10,790 bases of DNA from Calditrichia bacterium (GCA_050633245.1 JBOEGD010000047.1:3796-14585), one strand, 5' to 3'; numbered from the stretch's first letter, positions 1 to 7,681 are shown. The notes: generated by a model from the letters alone, not told the origin. Program-made: numbers and translations.

Positions 1-1
1 T

Positions 2-2695
2 GTTAATAACGATCTGGACCCGGACGTCACGAACTCCTTGTATGGTTCTCCGCCAATCGGTCTGGAAATTCGTAATGCTATCTGGGCATATAATCAACCC
101 GACGCCACGTTAGGCCAGAGCCTGTTCAAGCAATATACAATTTTTAATAAATCCGGCTACGTGCTGGACTCAATGTTTATTGCGCAGTGGGCCGATCCCG
201 ATATTGGCAGCTTCGGTGATGATCTGCAGGGTGTTGATACGACCAGAGAATTGGGTTATGCTTACAATTACTTTTCAACAGACAGCGATTTCGACGCCTT
301 TGACCTCTCGCCCGCCGCGGCTGGCTATGATTATCTGCAAGGTCCACTGGTAGACGGACAGCCCGGTGAAGATCGCAACCGCAACGGCATCGACGATGCC
401 AGTGATTATGGGGCGTTTAATCTTAAGCGTGTTGGACCGGGGAAAATAAATTTGCCGCTCAGTTCGTTTGGTTATCAGCCAACTACGTTCGGTGATCCTG
501 GTCCTTTCGGTGACTATGAAGCCACAGAAGAGTTGTACAACCTACTTAACGGGTATTTTGCGGTTGACTTTTCGACTCCACCCCAGCCGTTTCTCACCGG
601 TTCCGGGCCTAATCAGGGACAACCCACAAAATTTCCATTATCAGGAAATCCCTTTAGCGAAACGGGTGATCTTGATGGAGTTGGTGACAACCCGGCGCCC
701 GGCGATCGCCGCATGCTCATGTCTTCCGGGCCCTTTACCATGCAGCCGGGCGATGTTCAACAAATAATTATTGCACTGGTTGGTGGCATAACTCTGGAAG
801 AAAGTGGCGATAACCTTACCGCAATTCTACAGCTTTGGCAAAACAGCGACTTCGCACAGTTTATGTTTGACAATCTATTTGAGGTCACCCCTGCACCTCC
901 GGCTAAACCGGTAGCCGTCGCTATTCCTATGGAAAATGCCGTCATGCTGGACTTCGGAGCGGATCTGGAAGCAGTAAAAGAGACCGAAGAGAACAGCAAT
1001 CCAACCGGCTTTAATTTTGAGGGGTATAATATTTATCAGCTTCCTAGTGCAAACGCAACATTAGAACAGGCAACCAAAATCACAACTATTGACAAGAAAA
1101 ACTCCATCAAAAGAATCAGAGCACCCCGCTTTGTATCAGCACTTGGTGAAATTGTGGATGTAACCATTCAGTCCGGAAACAATTCCGGAATCAGACGATA
1201 CTTTTTAGTAGATAAGGACTATATCAACAACTCACCACTCTACGCCGGACTCGAATATCATTTTGCCGTTACCGCCTATAATGCCAAGGACAGCAATGGC
1301 GATGGACTGATAGATAGCGATATGCCCGACCCTGCTATAGAGAGCGCACTCAACGTTTTAACCGTTATTCCACAGGGCGATAAGCCCGGCGAACGCCGTG
1401 CGGTTGTCGGCAGTTTTGCTGAAGTGGATGCCTCCGGCGCAACCAGCGATGGAGCGGTTTCCGTTCGGGTTATCGATCCCACAACACTTACCGGCCACCA
1501 CTACGAGGTGCGCTTCACGGTAAACAACGACACGTCGCTTGCCGAACCCCGGCAGAAGACCTGGAAATTAACCGATGTTTCCGAAGGAGTGATTGTTGCC
1601 GAAAATCAGCAGCAGCTATCTTCGTTGCGCGATAATGAGGATGCTCCTTTTTACGACGGATTTCAGATCAAGGTATCCGGCCCGCCGCCCGGCATAAATA
1701 CGCAGAGGCCGGGACCTTTCGGAGACATTCCGGGTAGCAATAACGGCTGGAACTGGACCAATGGCGATCGCTGGCTATCCGCATGGAATTGGGGTGGAAT
1801 AAGCTTTTTTAGCGGCTTGTCCAACGGGGTAGACTTTCTCGGCAGCACGCTTATTGCCGGGGAAGAATTTGTTGATGTAGAGCTGCGTTTTGCCGGTGAT
1901 ACGCAGGCAAACCAACCGGATCGCTGGAGTGAAGGCTATGTGTATAACCGAAGCGCAGACTACGAATTTTCCGGCATTGGCTCCATGCCCTTTACCGCCT
2001 GGAACAGCGAAACCGATGAACAGCTGATAGTTTGCTTTGTGGAAGATGCCAATGAAGGCAATACGAATTTAATCTGGGATATGGGCTGGAACGGCACTGC
2101 CTTTTCAGCGAGTGGAGGAAGGGAATACATCCTGATCACCAACACACCTTATGGAAGCGGGCCTAATCCGGCAGATCCGCTTTATTCGCAAGATGCAATT
2201 ATTATGGGCGGAATTCCCTGTCTCTATGCCATTTGGCCTACATCCCGCGGTTCCCGTCCCTATCTGCACGAAAGTTTCGACCTGCAGGTTTTTGCCTCAA
2301 ACGTGAATACCGGTGATGATGTCTTTCGCTTTACCACGGATGCAATAGAGTTTGACGAACAACAGGCCAGAGAAGACATAAAGCAAATAAACGTCTTCCC
2401 TAACCCCTACTACGGCTACAATAGCGAGGCGACCTCGGCATTTAACAGCTACATCACTTTTACGCATTTACCGCAGGAGGCAGTGATTCGTATTTTCACT
2501 ATCGGTGGCAATCAAGTTGTGAAGCTAAAGAAAAATGACGAGTCTCAATTTCTGCGCTGGAATATGCGCAACAAGGTGGGGCTGCAGGTGGCCAGTGGTC
2601 TCTACATCGCTCATATTAAGCTACCCACCATCAATGCCGAAAAGGTGCTGAAGTTCTTTATTATTCAAGGGGATGAGATCCCGGAAGTCTTTTAG
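2..2695 (+). CDS. Large secreted/surface protein with FnIII-like region and C-terminal T9SS type A / FlgD-Ig-like sorting domain; 5'-truncated by the window
   Basis: The frame is open from position 2 (VNNDLDPDVTNSL then YGSPPIG...), so the TTG at 38 is probably internal; stop TAG at 2693-2695. The C-terminus has IKQINVFPNPY...ITFTHLP..AVIRIFTIGG..V..L...WNMRNKVGLQVASGLYI, the usual sorting-domain pattern. An FnIII-like block runs PAPPAKP...FEGYNIYQ...YHFAVTAYN...ES. WADPDIG and GDRRMLMSSGPFTMQPGD match, from memory, a large uncharacterised family in FCB-related phyla. The protein is D/G/N/P-rich with no transmembrane helix. Confidence 0.85.
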   Translation, partial: VNNDLDPDVTNSLYGSPPIGLEIRNAIWAYNQPDATLGQSLFKQYTIFNKSGYVLDSMFIAQWADPDIGSFGDDLQGVDTTRELGYAYNYFSTDSDFDAFDLSPAAAGYDYLQGPLVDGQPGEDRNRNGIDDASDYGAFNLKRVGPGKINLPLSSFGYQPTTFGDPGPFGDYEATEELYNLLNGYFAVDFSTPPQPFLTGSGPNQGQPTKFPLSGNPFSETGDLDGVGDNPAPGDRRMLMSSGPFTMQPGDVQQIIIALVGGITLEESGDNLTAILQLWQNSDFAQFMFDNLFEVTPAPPAKPVAVAIPMENAVMLDFGADLEAVKETEENSNPTGFNFEGYNIYQLPSANATLEQATKITTIDKKNSIKRIRAPRFVSALGEIVDVTIQSGNNSGIRRYFLVDKDYINNSPLYAGLEYHFAVTAYNAKDSNGDGLIDSDMPDPAIESALNVLTVIPQGDKPGERRAVVGSFAEVDASGATSDGAVSVRVIDPTTLTGHHYEVRFTVNNDTSLAEPRQKTWKLTDVSEGVIVAENQQQLSSLRDNEDAPFYDGFQIKVSGPPPGINTQRPGPFGDIPGSNNGWNWTNGDRWLSAWNWGGISFFSGLSNGVDFLGSTLIAGEEFVDVELRFAGDTQANQPDRWSEGYVYNRSADYEFSGIGSMPFTAWNSETDEQLIVCFVEDANEGNTNLIWDMGWNGTAFSASGGREYILITNTPYGSGPNPADPLYSQDAIIMGGIPCLYAIWPTSRGSRPYLHESFDLQVFASNVNTGDDVFRFTTDAIEFDEQQAREDIKQINVFPNPYYGYNSEATSAFNSYITFTHLPQEAVIRIFTIGGNQVVKLKKNDESQFLRWNMRNKVGLQVASGLYIAHIKLPTINAEKVLKFFIIQGDEIPEVF

Positions 2696-2697
2696 AC

Positions 2698-2739
2698 AGC
2701 AATCACCGCAGGCGGGCATATTCAGAATATTGCTTTTTT
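2698..2739 (+). terminator. Possible intrinsic terminator between the convergent genes
   Basis: AGCAAT (2698-2703) pairs with ATTGCT (2729-2734) and encloses small hairpins (CCG-CAGG-CGG; ATATT-CAG-AATAT). T6 follows at 2734-2739, just after the stop codon. The stem is weak and irregular. Confidence 0.4.
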
Positions 2740-2767
2740 ACGTCATTCTAACTTGAAGAATCAACCA

Positions 2768-5700
2768 TTACACCGTCCTGGTTAGCAGGCGGTGTACAAT
2801 CCGAACCAGGTCGTCGAATCGATATGGTTTCTTGATAAATTCAATATTTTCCTGCCCAACAAATTCCTGCAAAACATTCTTTTTGTCATAACCGCTGGAG
2901 AGTAACACCGGGACATTTGTTTTCTGCTCTTCCAGCTTAAGCAGAGTTTCTTTTCCGCCTAAACGAGGCATCGTTATATCCAAAAGTACCAGCACAATAT
3001 CGCTTTGATTCTTTTTAAACATGGAAACTGCTTCTACACCATCCGCTGCAACCTTCGTCTGAAACCCCAGCTTACCGAACATTGTCCGGGCTACTTTGCG
3101 GATATGTTCTTCATCATCAACAATAAGTACCGTGCCTTCCCCTTTCCAACCTTCCGGAATTTCGCGTCTCTTTCGACTTTTTCGTGGGGTCTGCGAATTT
3201 GCGGGTAACATCACTCTAATACGCGTCCCCTTATTTACTTCACTTTTAACATCAATACCTCCCTTATGACCACGTACGATACCAATCAGGGAAGCAAGTC
3301 CTAAACCATGCCCCTCGGGTTTTGTCGTAAAAAAGGGGTCGAATATTTTGGAGACCGTTTCCTTATCCATACCATGCCCCGTATCAACTACTTCAAGAAA
3401 GACGTATTCCTGATCTGTCGAAAGGCTATCATAATAAGTCGATGTCCGATGGCTCTCATCAGGATGAATTGCTCCGGTTTTCAGGGTAATATTACCAACT
3501 TTTTCACCAATTGCATCAGACGCGTTGATGACAAGATTCAGCAGCACTTGACGAATTTGCGCTGCATCGCCTTCAATGAAGGGTAATTCAGATGCCAGTT
3601 CAAAATTAAGATCTATCGTTTTTGAAATAGAGACTTTCAGCAGATTCGTTGTTTCACTTACCAGCTTGTTTATGTTAATCGCCTTTAAGAAGAAGCGTCC
3701 CTTTCCAGAGTAGGCCAAAAGTTGATAACATAATTCCGCTGCCTGTCGTGCCGCACTTTCAATGGTTTTTACATTTGTAATCAGGGGCGATTTCTTAGGC
3801 AGGTCTTCGACTACAAGGCTGGCATTCCCCAAGATACCGGTTAGGATATTGTTAAAGTCATGAGCGATGCCTCCAGCTAAAACGCCAACACTTTCAAGCT
3901 TTTGGGCATGGTACATCTGCGCCTCAAGTGCTTTTCTTTCAGTAACATCTGAAGAAAGCCCAATAATATGTGTCACTTCTCCTTCCGAATCTATAATTGG
4001 GCAAAATGTACGTATGATATTGCGAATACCGTTCGCAACCGAGGGGTATTCCTCTTCCAGCGTAAATTCCTTCTTCTCAGTCATCACCTTGTTCAACATT
4101 TCCTTCCTATCATCAGCCAGAGAAACCGGAAGGTTCTTTTTTAGGCAAAAATCAAGATCCGTTTTGCCTATTAGCCACTGGCGAATGCCAGGATCTTTTG
4201 CGCATGCCGGATTGAGATAGATATAGCAGCCATCCATATTATAGACCGCAATTTGCAGAGGGATGCTATCCAGAATGCTTTCATAAAATTGCTGAAGCCA
4301 TTGTATCTCAAACTGCGATTGCCTTTGGTCGGTCACATCAACAAACATGGCCCAGGTTTCTCCCAACTCTTCTCCGGTCCGATTATCTGGAATTGCACGC
4401 AACAATGTATTGACGGTTCTGCCATCTTTTGTTTGCAGGTCCCGTTCTTCAGAAACATACCCGCTGCAAAAAGCTTCCGCATAATCAGCGTTTTGTACAA
4501 TTTTCTTTTGATACTCTGGTGTATAGAATTCGATGAGAGAGTGATTAAGAACATCATCTTTTTGGTATCCCAACGTTTGCGAAAATTGATCATTGCAATC
4601 CGTAATGATTTGAGAACCATTGCGATAAATTGTAGTGACATACATAATTGGTGCTTTATCAAATAGTCGATGATAGCGCGCAGTGGCTAGTTTAACCTTT
4701 TCTTCAGCCTGCAGACGTTCCGAAATATCATGGCAGACAGTTAGAAGGATAAGTTCTCCGTTGATATTTGGCACGGCACGTACAAAACTTTCACACGTGA
4801 TTAAATGTCCATCTTTATGACATTTAACTAATTGCCCGGAATATAGAGTTCCCGGGTCCTCCAGACATGTTTGAACTAACTCATCAAACTTAGCGATTTG
4901 TTCATCTGGCAATAACTGATGTACCGCTATCCCGGTTATTTCCTCAACAGAATAACCGATCTGCCCGGCTCCAAACTTGTTAACAGAAAGAATAACGCCG
5001 CTTTTATCAAGCGTAAAAAACGTAGAAGGATTATCATTATACAGAGCGCGATAGCGATCTTCACTTCGTTTCAATGCATTCTCGGTCTTCACGTGCCTGG
5101 ATATTTGTTTTTGCAGCTGCTCATTCTTTTTCTTCAACTCCGCGGTTCGTTCTTCGACTAGTTGCTCCAGCTCATCATGATAGTCCCTCAGTCGATTTTC
5201 CGTATTTTTTCGTTCGGTAATATCATGAAAATACCATATCCTGCCATGATAGCAACTGTTGGAATCGATGAGTGGAGAAGAATAACGCTCAAAAAATCGA
5301 CCGTCTTTAAGCTCAAGTTCATCTTTGCTTTTTTCTTCAGGATGAGAATATAAATAGTTTACTTTTTTCAGGAACTGCTCCGGATCAACCAGTTTGGACA
5401 GTGCATGCTTAAGGAGCAAGGTATCGTCTTTGGTTTCCGAAAGTTCTTTTGGCACCTGCCACAGCTCAAGCATTCTTTCATTCACCGAAACAACCATCCC
5501 ATTCTCATCGACCACAAGTATGCCATCGAGAGTCGCCTCGAACTGTGCTTCCAGCAGTGATGGATCCCGGGACTCCTGACCAAGCTGCTTTAAATCGCTG
5601 ATATCGTGCGCGCAGACTAATACGCGATCCAGCATCCCGTCTTCTGAATACAACGGGACCTTAATAATTTTTAACCACTGACTTCTTCCGGATGAAGACA

Positions 5701-5989
5701 TTACGTCCCTAAACAAAACCTGTAATTTTCTGGAATCGATAACTTCCAGATCGCTTTCTCGATAATTTTTGGCTTCTTCAGTTGGAAAAACATCGAAGTC
5801 ATTTTTGCCAATTAAGTCTTCCTCACTCTTACCAAGAAATTGGCAAAAGGAGTGACTAACAGCTCGATAATTAAGCTTATTATCCATCAGAATGATATAG
5901 TCTGGCGAATCTGTAATTATTGTTCTGAATTGTTCAATTTGTTGATTTGCAGAAAACGCATGTGTGGTAGAAGCTGACGTTAGGGGCAT
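2768..5989 (-). CDS. Cytoplasmic multi-PAS hybrid sensor histidine kinase/response regulator (5 PAS + HisKA + HATPase_c + REC; CckA/NtrB-like core)
   Basis: 1073 aa with RBS AGAGGT 7 nt before the ATG. Five PAS/PAC units end in HDIS, HDITERK, HDISER, DVTDQR and DVTERK, with a coiled coil LEQLVEERTAEL after PAS2. H-box LAGGIAHDFNNIL (H710), N-box QVLLNLVINASDA, G1 DTGHGM, F-box IFDPFFTTK, G2 GHGLGLA. Receiver VLIVDDE...LLDITMP (D1004)...KKPY. No transmembrane segment. Confidence 0.95.
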   Translation of the reverse strand: MPLTSASTTHAFSANQQIEQFRTIITDSPDYIILMDNKLNYRAVSHSFCQFLGKSEEDLIGKNDFDVFPTEEAKNYRESDLEVIDSRKLQVLFRDVMSSSGRSQWLKIIKVPLYSEDGMLDRVLVCAHDISDLKQLGQESRDPSLLEAQFEATLDGILVVDENGMVVSVNERMLELWQVPKELSETKDDTLLLKHALSKLVDPEQFLKKVNYLYSHPEEKSKDELELKDGRFFERYSSPLIDSNSCYHGRIWYFHDITERKNTENRLRDYHDELEQLVEERTAELKKKNEQLQKQISRHVKTENALKRSEDRYRALYNDNPSTFFTLDKSGVILSVNKFGAGQIGYSVEEITGIAVHQLLPDEQIAKFDELVQTCLEDPGTLYSGQLVKCHKDGHLITCESFVRAVPNINGELILLTVCHDISERLQAEEKVKLATARYHRLFDKAPIMYVTTIYRNGSQIITDCNDQFSQTLGYQKDDVLNHSLIEFYTPEYQKKIVQNADYAEAFCSGYVSEERDLQTKDGRTVNTLLRAIPDNRTGEELGETWAMFVDVTDQRQSQFEIQWLQQFYESILDSIPLQIAVYNMDGCYIYLNPACAKDPGIRQWLIGKTDLDFCLKKNLPVSLADDRKEMLNKVMTEKKEFTLEEEYPSVANGIRNIIRTFCPIIDSEGEVTHIIGLSSDVTERKALEAQMYHAQKLESVGVLAGGIAHDFNNILTGILGNASLVVEDLPKKSPLITNVKTIESAARQAAELCYQLLAYSGKGRFFLKAININKLVSETTNLLKVSISKTIDLNFELASELPFIEGDAAQIRQVLLNLVINASDAIGEKVGNITLKTGAIHPDESHRTSTYYDSLSTDQEYVFLEVVDTGHGMDKETVSKIFDPFFTTKPEGHGLGLASLIGIVRGHKGGIDVKSEVNKGTRIRVMLPANSQTPRKSRKRREIPEGWKGEGTVLIVDDEEHIRKVARTMFGKLGFQTKVAADGVEAVSMFKKNQSDIVLVLLDITMPRLGGKETLLKLEEQKTNVPVLLSSGYDKKNVLQEFVGQENIEFIKKPYRFDDLVRIVHRLLTRTV

Positions 5990-5996
5990 AGTCTAA

Positions 5997-6002
5997 ACCT
6001 CT
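5997..6002 (-). promoter_or_regulatory. Shine-Dalgarno site of the hybrid kinase
   Basis: AGAGGT on the minus strand, with a 7-nt spacer to the ATG at 5989. Confidence 0.7.
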
Positions 6003-6283
6003 GGAATAAGTGTTTGAATAGTTAAAGTCCAATTCATCTGTCAATGAAGTTGGTCATCTAGCGGCAGCACATATATCAAAAAGGTTTATTAAGCGAAGTC
6101 AATATAATTAAGTATAAGAATAAGGCATGGTAAAGCCAGCTAATAATGCAGCGATATTCGATATTATCCAGGAGATTTAAGTTCTCACTTGGAGAATATT
6201 CAGACAAAGCTCGATCAAAACTCTGAGGAGACTCCGTTTTCCTGCACTACCCCGGCCTGGAGCCACAGGCTCTGCAACATTTT

Positions 6284-6292
6284 ATTATAACA
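6284..6292 (-). promoter_or_regulatory. Candidate sigma70 extended -10 promoter facing the kinase gene
   Basis: The minus strand reads TGTTATAAT, an exact TGnTATAAT match, with AT-rich sequence upstream. There is no clear -35, which extended -10 promoters do not need. A chance match in AT-rich DNA is possible. Confidence 0.5.
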
Positions 6293-6619
6293 ATGATCCA
6301 TATGAAAAATATCGTTATATGGTTCGACTATCGTGTTGTAAATCATTTTGTCAAAAATGTAATTTACGATACAGAACTCATACTTACTACTAAGCTCCGG
6401 ATTTCATAAATACTATTTGTAGTGTAGGATCTAATAGAATGTACTGTGTAAAGTAGGTTGAGACACTTGTTCTGAACTGCTTGACTGGCAGTTTATTAGG
6501 CGAATATTTCAATTTGCATGGAGATTTTTAGTAACATCCTTACCTTTAGAGCAGTACTATTAAAGGCCATAAAGTCGGGTGCCAATCGTAAAGGCAGATC
6601 AAAAACAGGATACACCGCA

Positions 6620-7291
6620 ATGTTTCAGAACTTTTATAAACATAGATTTGCCATTTTTTTTATCACGCAGCTGTTTGTTTTGTTTGGTGCGTTATTTTGT
6701 GCACCAGAGATATTTGAGAAAACCGTATTGCCAGTGCTCATCAAGCTTAATATTGCTGCCGGAATATTCCTTATCTCGAAAAATAAACCGCTGATGTGGA
6801 TGACAATCGGCTTGTTTATTCTGGCAATATGTATTTTCGGTGCCAGCTTCTTTGAGCGCGGCATGGGAGATAATATTCCGATGCGCTTGACGATTTACTC
6901 CGTTTTCTATATCATTATCACCTTTCAGATTATCCGGCAGGTCTGGAACGCTGAGGAGGTAGACGAGACCGTGATTATCGGCGTGATGAGCGGCTATATG
7001 TGTCTGGGATTTCTGGCCTTTTTTATGCTGATGGCGATTGAAGTACATCAGCCCGGGTCATTCTCCGGCACGCTGATGAAGAGCGAGGATATAACCATGC
7101 GCGGTGATGCGCTGATGTATTATGCCTTTATTACCTTGCTCACTATCGGCTATGGAGAAATTATCCCGGTTACCCAGGTGGCGCAAAAGGCAGCAATTCT
7201 TACCGGCCTTATCGGTCAGTTTTATTTGGTTATCATTACTGCTATTGTGGTGGGAAAGTATTTGCAGCATTCGGGGAGACCGCAGGAGTAA
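6620..7291 (+). CDS. Potassium channel family protein (Ion_trans_2-type pore domain preceded by about four hydrophobic helices)
   Basis: Pore helix and filter ALMYYAFITLLTIGYGEIIP lie between two transmembrane helices (IIGVMSGYMCLGFLAFFMLMAI; AAILTGLIGQFYLVIITAIVVG), with four more hydrophobic segments N-terminal. I moved the start from 6518 to the ATG at 6620 (MFQNFYKHRF, 223 aa): AGGA lies at 6607-6610, and the extra 34 codons do not look channel-like. Confidence 0.88.
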   Translation: MFQNFYKHRFAIFFITQLFVLFGALFCAPEIFEKTVLPVLIKLNIAAGIFLISKNKPLMWMTIGLFILAICIFGASFFERGMGDNIPMRLTIYSVFYIIITFQIIRQVWNAEEVDETVIIGVMSGYMCLGFLAFFMLMAIEVHQPGSFSGTLMKSEDITMRGDALMYYAFITLLTIGYGEIIPVTQVAQKAAILTGLIGQFYLVIITAIVVGKYLQHSGRPQE

Positions 7292-7368
7292 TTATTTTCG
7301 GTAGGTGTTTGAATATATGAGGAGATGTTTATTTTAGTGGGTTTGAATCTATCAGTCGAGGTGAATAA

Positions 7369-7611
7369 ATGTTGGGAGTGTTAAAAAAAATCGATCGAAT
7401 TTTATATGAACGAATAACCTGGAATCCAGAAAATAATGAAGAAGGGAAGTTTACTACATCCTCATATTCCAGAGATGATTGTTGGATACAAATGAATGAC
7501 TTTCCAGAAGAACCTTTATGGACACTTTACTACAGGGGAGAGTCGAAGGATATAGAAGACACACCAACTATTTGGAAGGTGAATTATGCAAATGAAAGCC
7601 CGTCAACATAG
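7369..7611 (+). CDS. Small hypothetical protein (80 aa), Trp-rich and acidic
   Basis: Strong RBS GAGGTG at 7358-7363, 5 nt before the ATG. It fills the gap between two real genes without overlap and has a protein-like motif, WIQMNDFPEEPLWTLYY...DIEDTPTIW. Confidence 0.75.
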   Translation: MLGVLKKIDRILYERITWNPENNEEGKFTTSSYSRDDCWIQMNDFPEEPLWTLYYRGESKDIEDTPTIWKVNYANESPST

Positions 7612-7681
7612 CGTTTTTTCACCCCACAAAGAAAGATTGACCCAATAAAGTGGAATTCATACTCATTTTAATATGCAGAGC

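Noticed and set aside
38-40. TTG start of the 885-aa ORF
   Set aside because: The frame is open to the window edge and there is no RBS or signal peptide after it; the real start is probably upstream of the window.
468-2145. Short alternative-frame and antisense ORFs inside the first gene (468-767, 757-999, 1276-1482, 1663-1848, 1960-2145)
   Set aside because: They are fully nested in a well-supported CDS and have no recognisable motifs; shadow ORFs.
3005-5579. Eight short ORFs overlapping the kinase
   Set aside because: Antisense or off-frame shadows of a 1073-aa gene with intact domains; no motifs.
6215-6280. 21-codon minus-strand ORF MLQSLWLQAGVVQENGVSSEF as a leader peptide
   Set aside because: The ATG is only 3 nt from the TATAAT box, too close for a leaderless start. 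It has no RBS and no run of regulatory codons.
6274-6296. Resemblance to the gammaproteobacterial Zur box (GAAATGTTATAWTATAACATTTC)
   Set aside because: Only the right half-site (TATAACA) is intact and the left TGTTAT core is broken. The match is explained by AT richness and the -10 box.
6518-6619. 34-codon N-terminal extension of the channel ORF
   Set aside because: There is no RBS before 6518 and the peptide is not channel-like; the ATG at 6620 has an AGGA site.
6579-7304. Five short ORFs overlapping the channel gene
   Set aside because: Off-frame or antisense shadows without motifs.
7602-7641. GTCAA...TTGAC inverted repeat after the 80-aa gene as an integron attC site or terminator
   Set aside because: It lacks RYYYAAC/GTTRRRY ends, pairing is weak and interrupted, and no integrase or second cassette is present.
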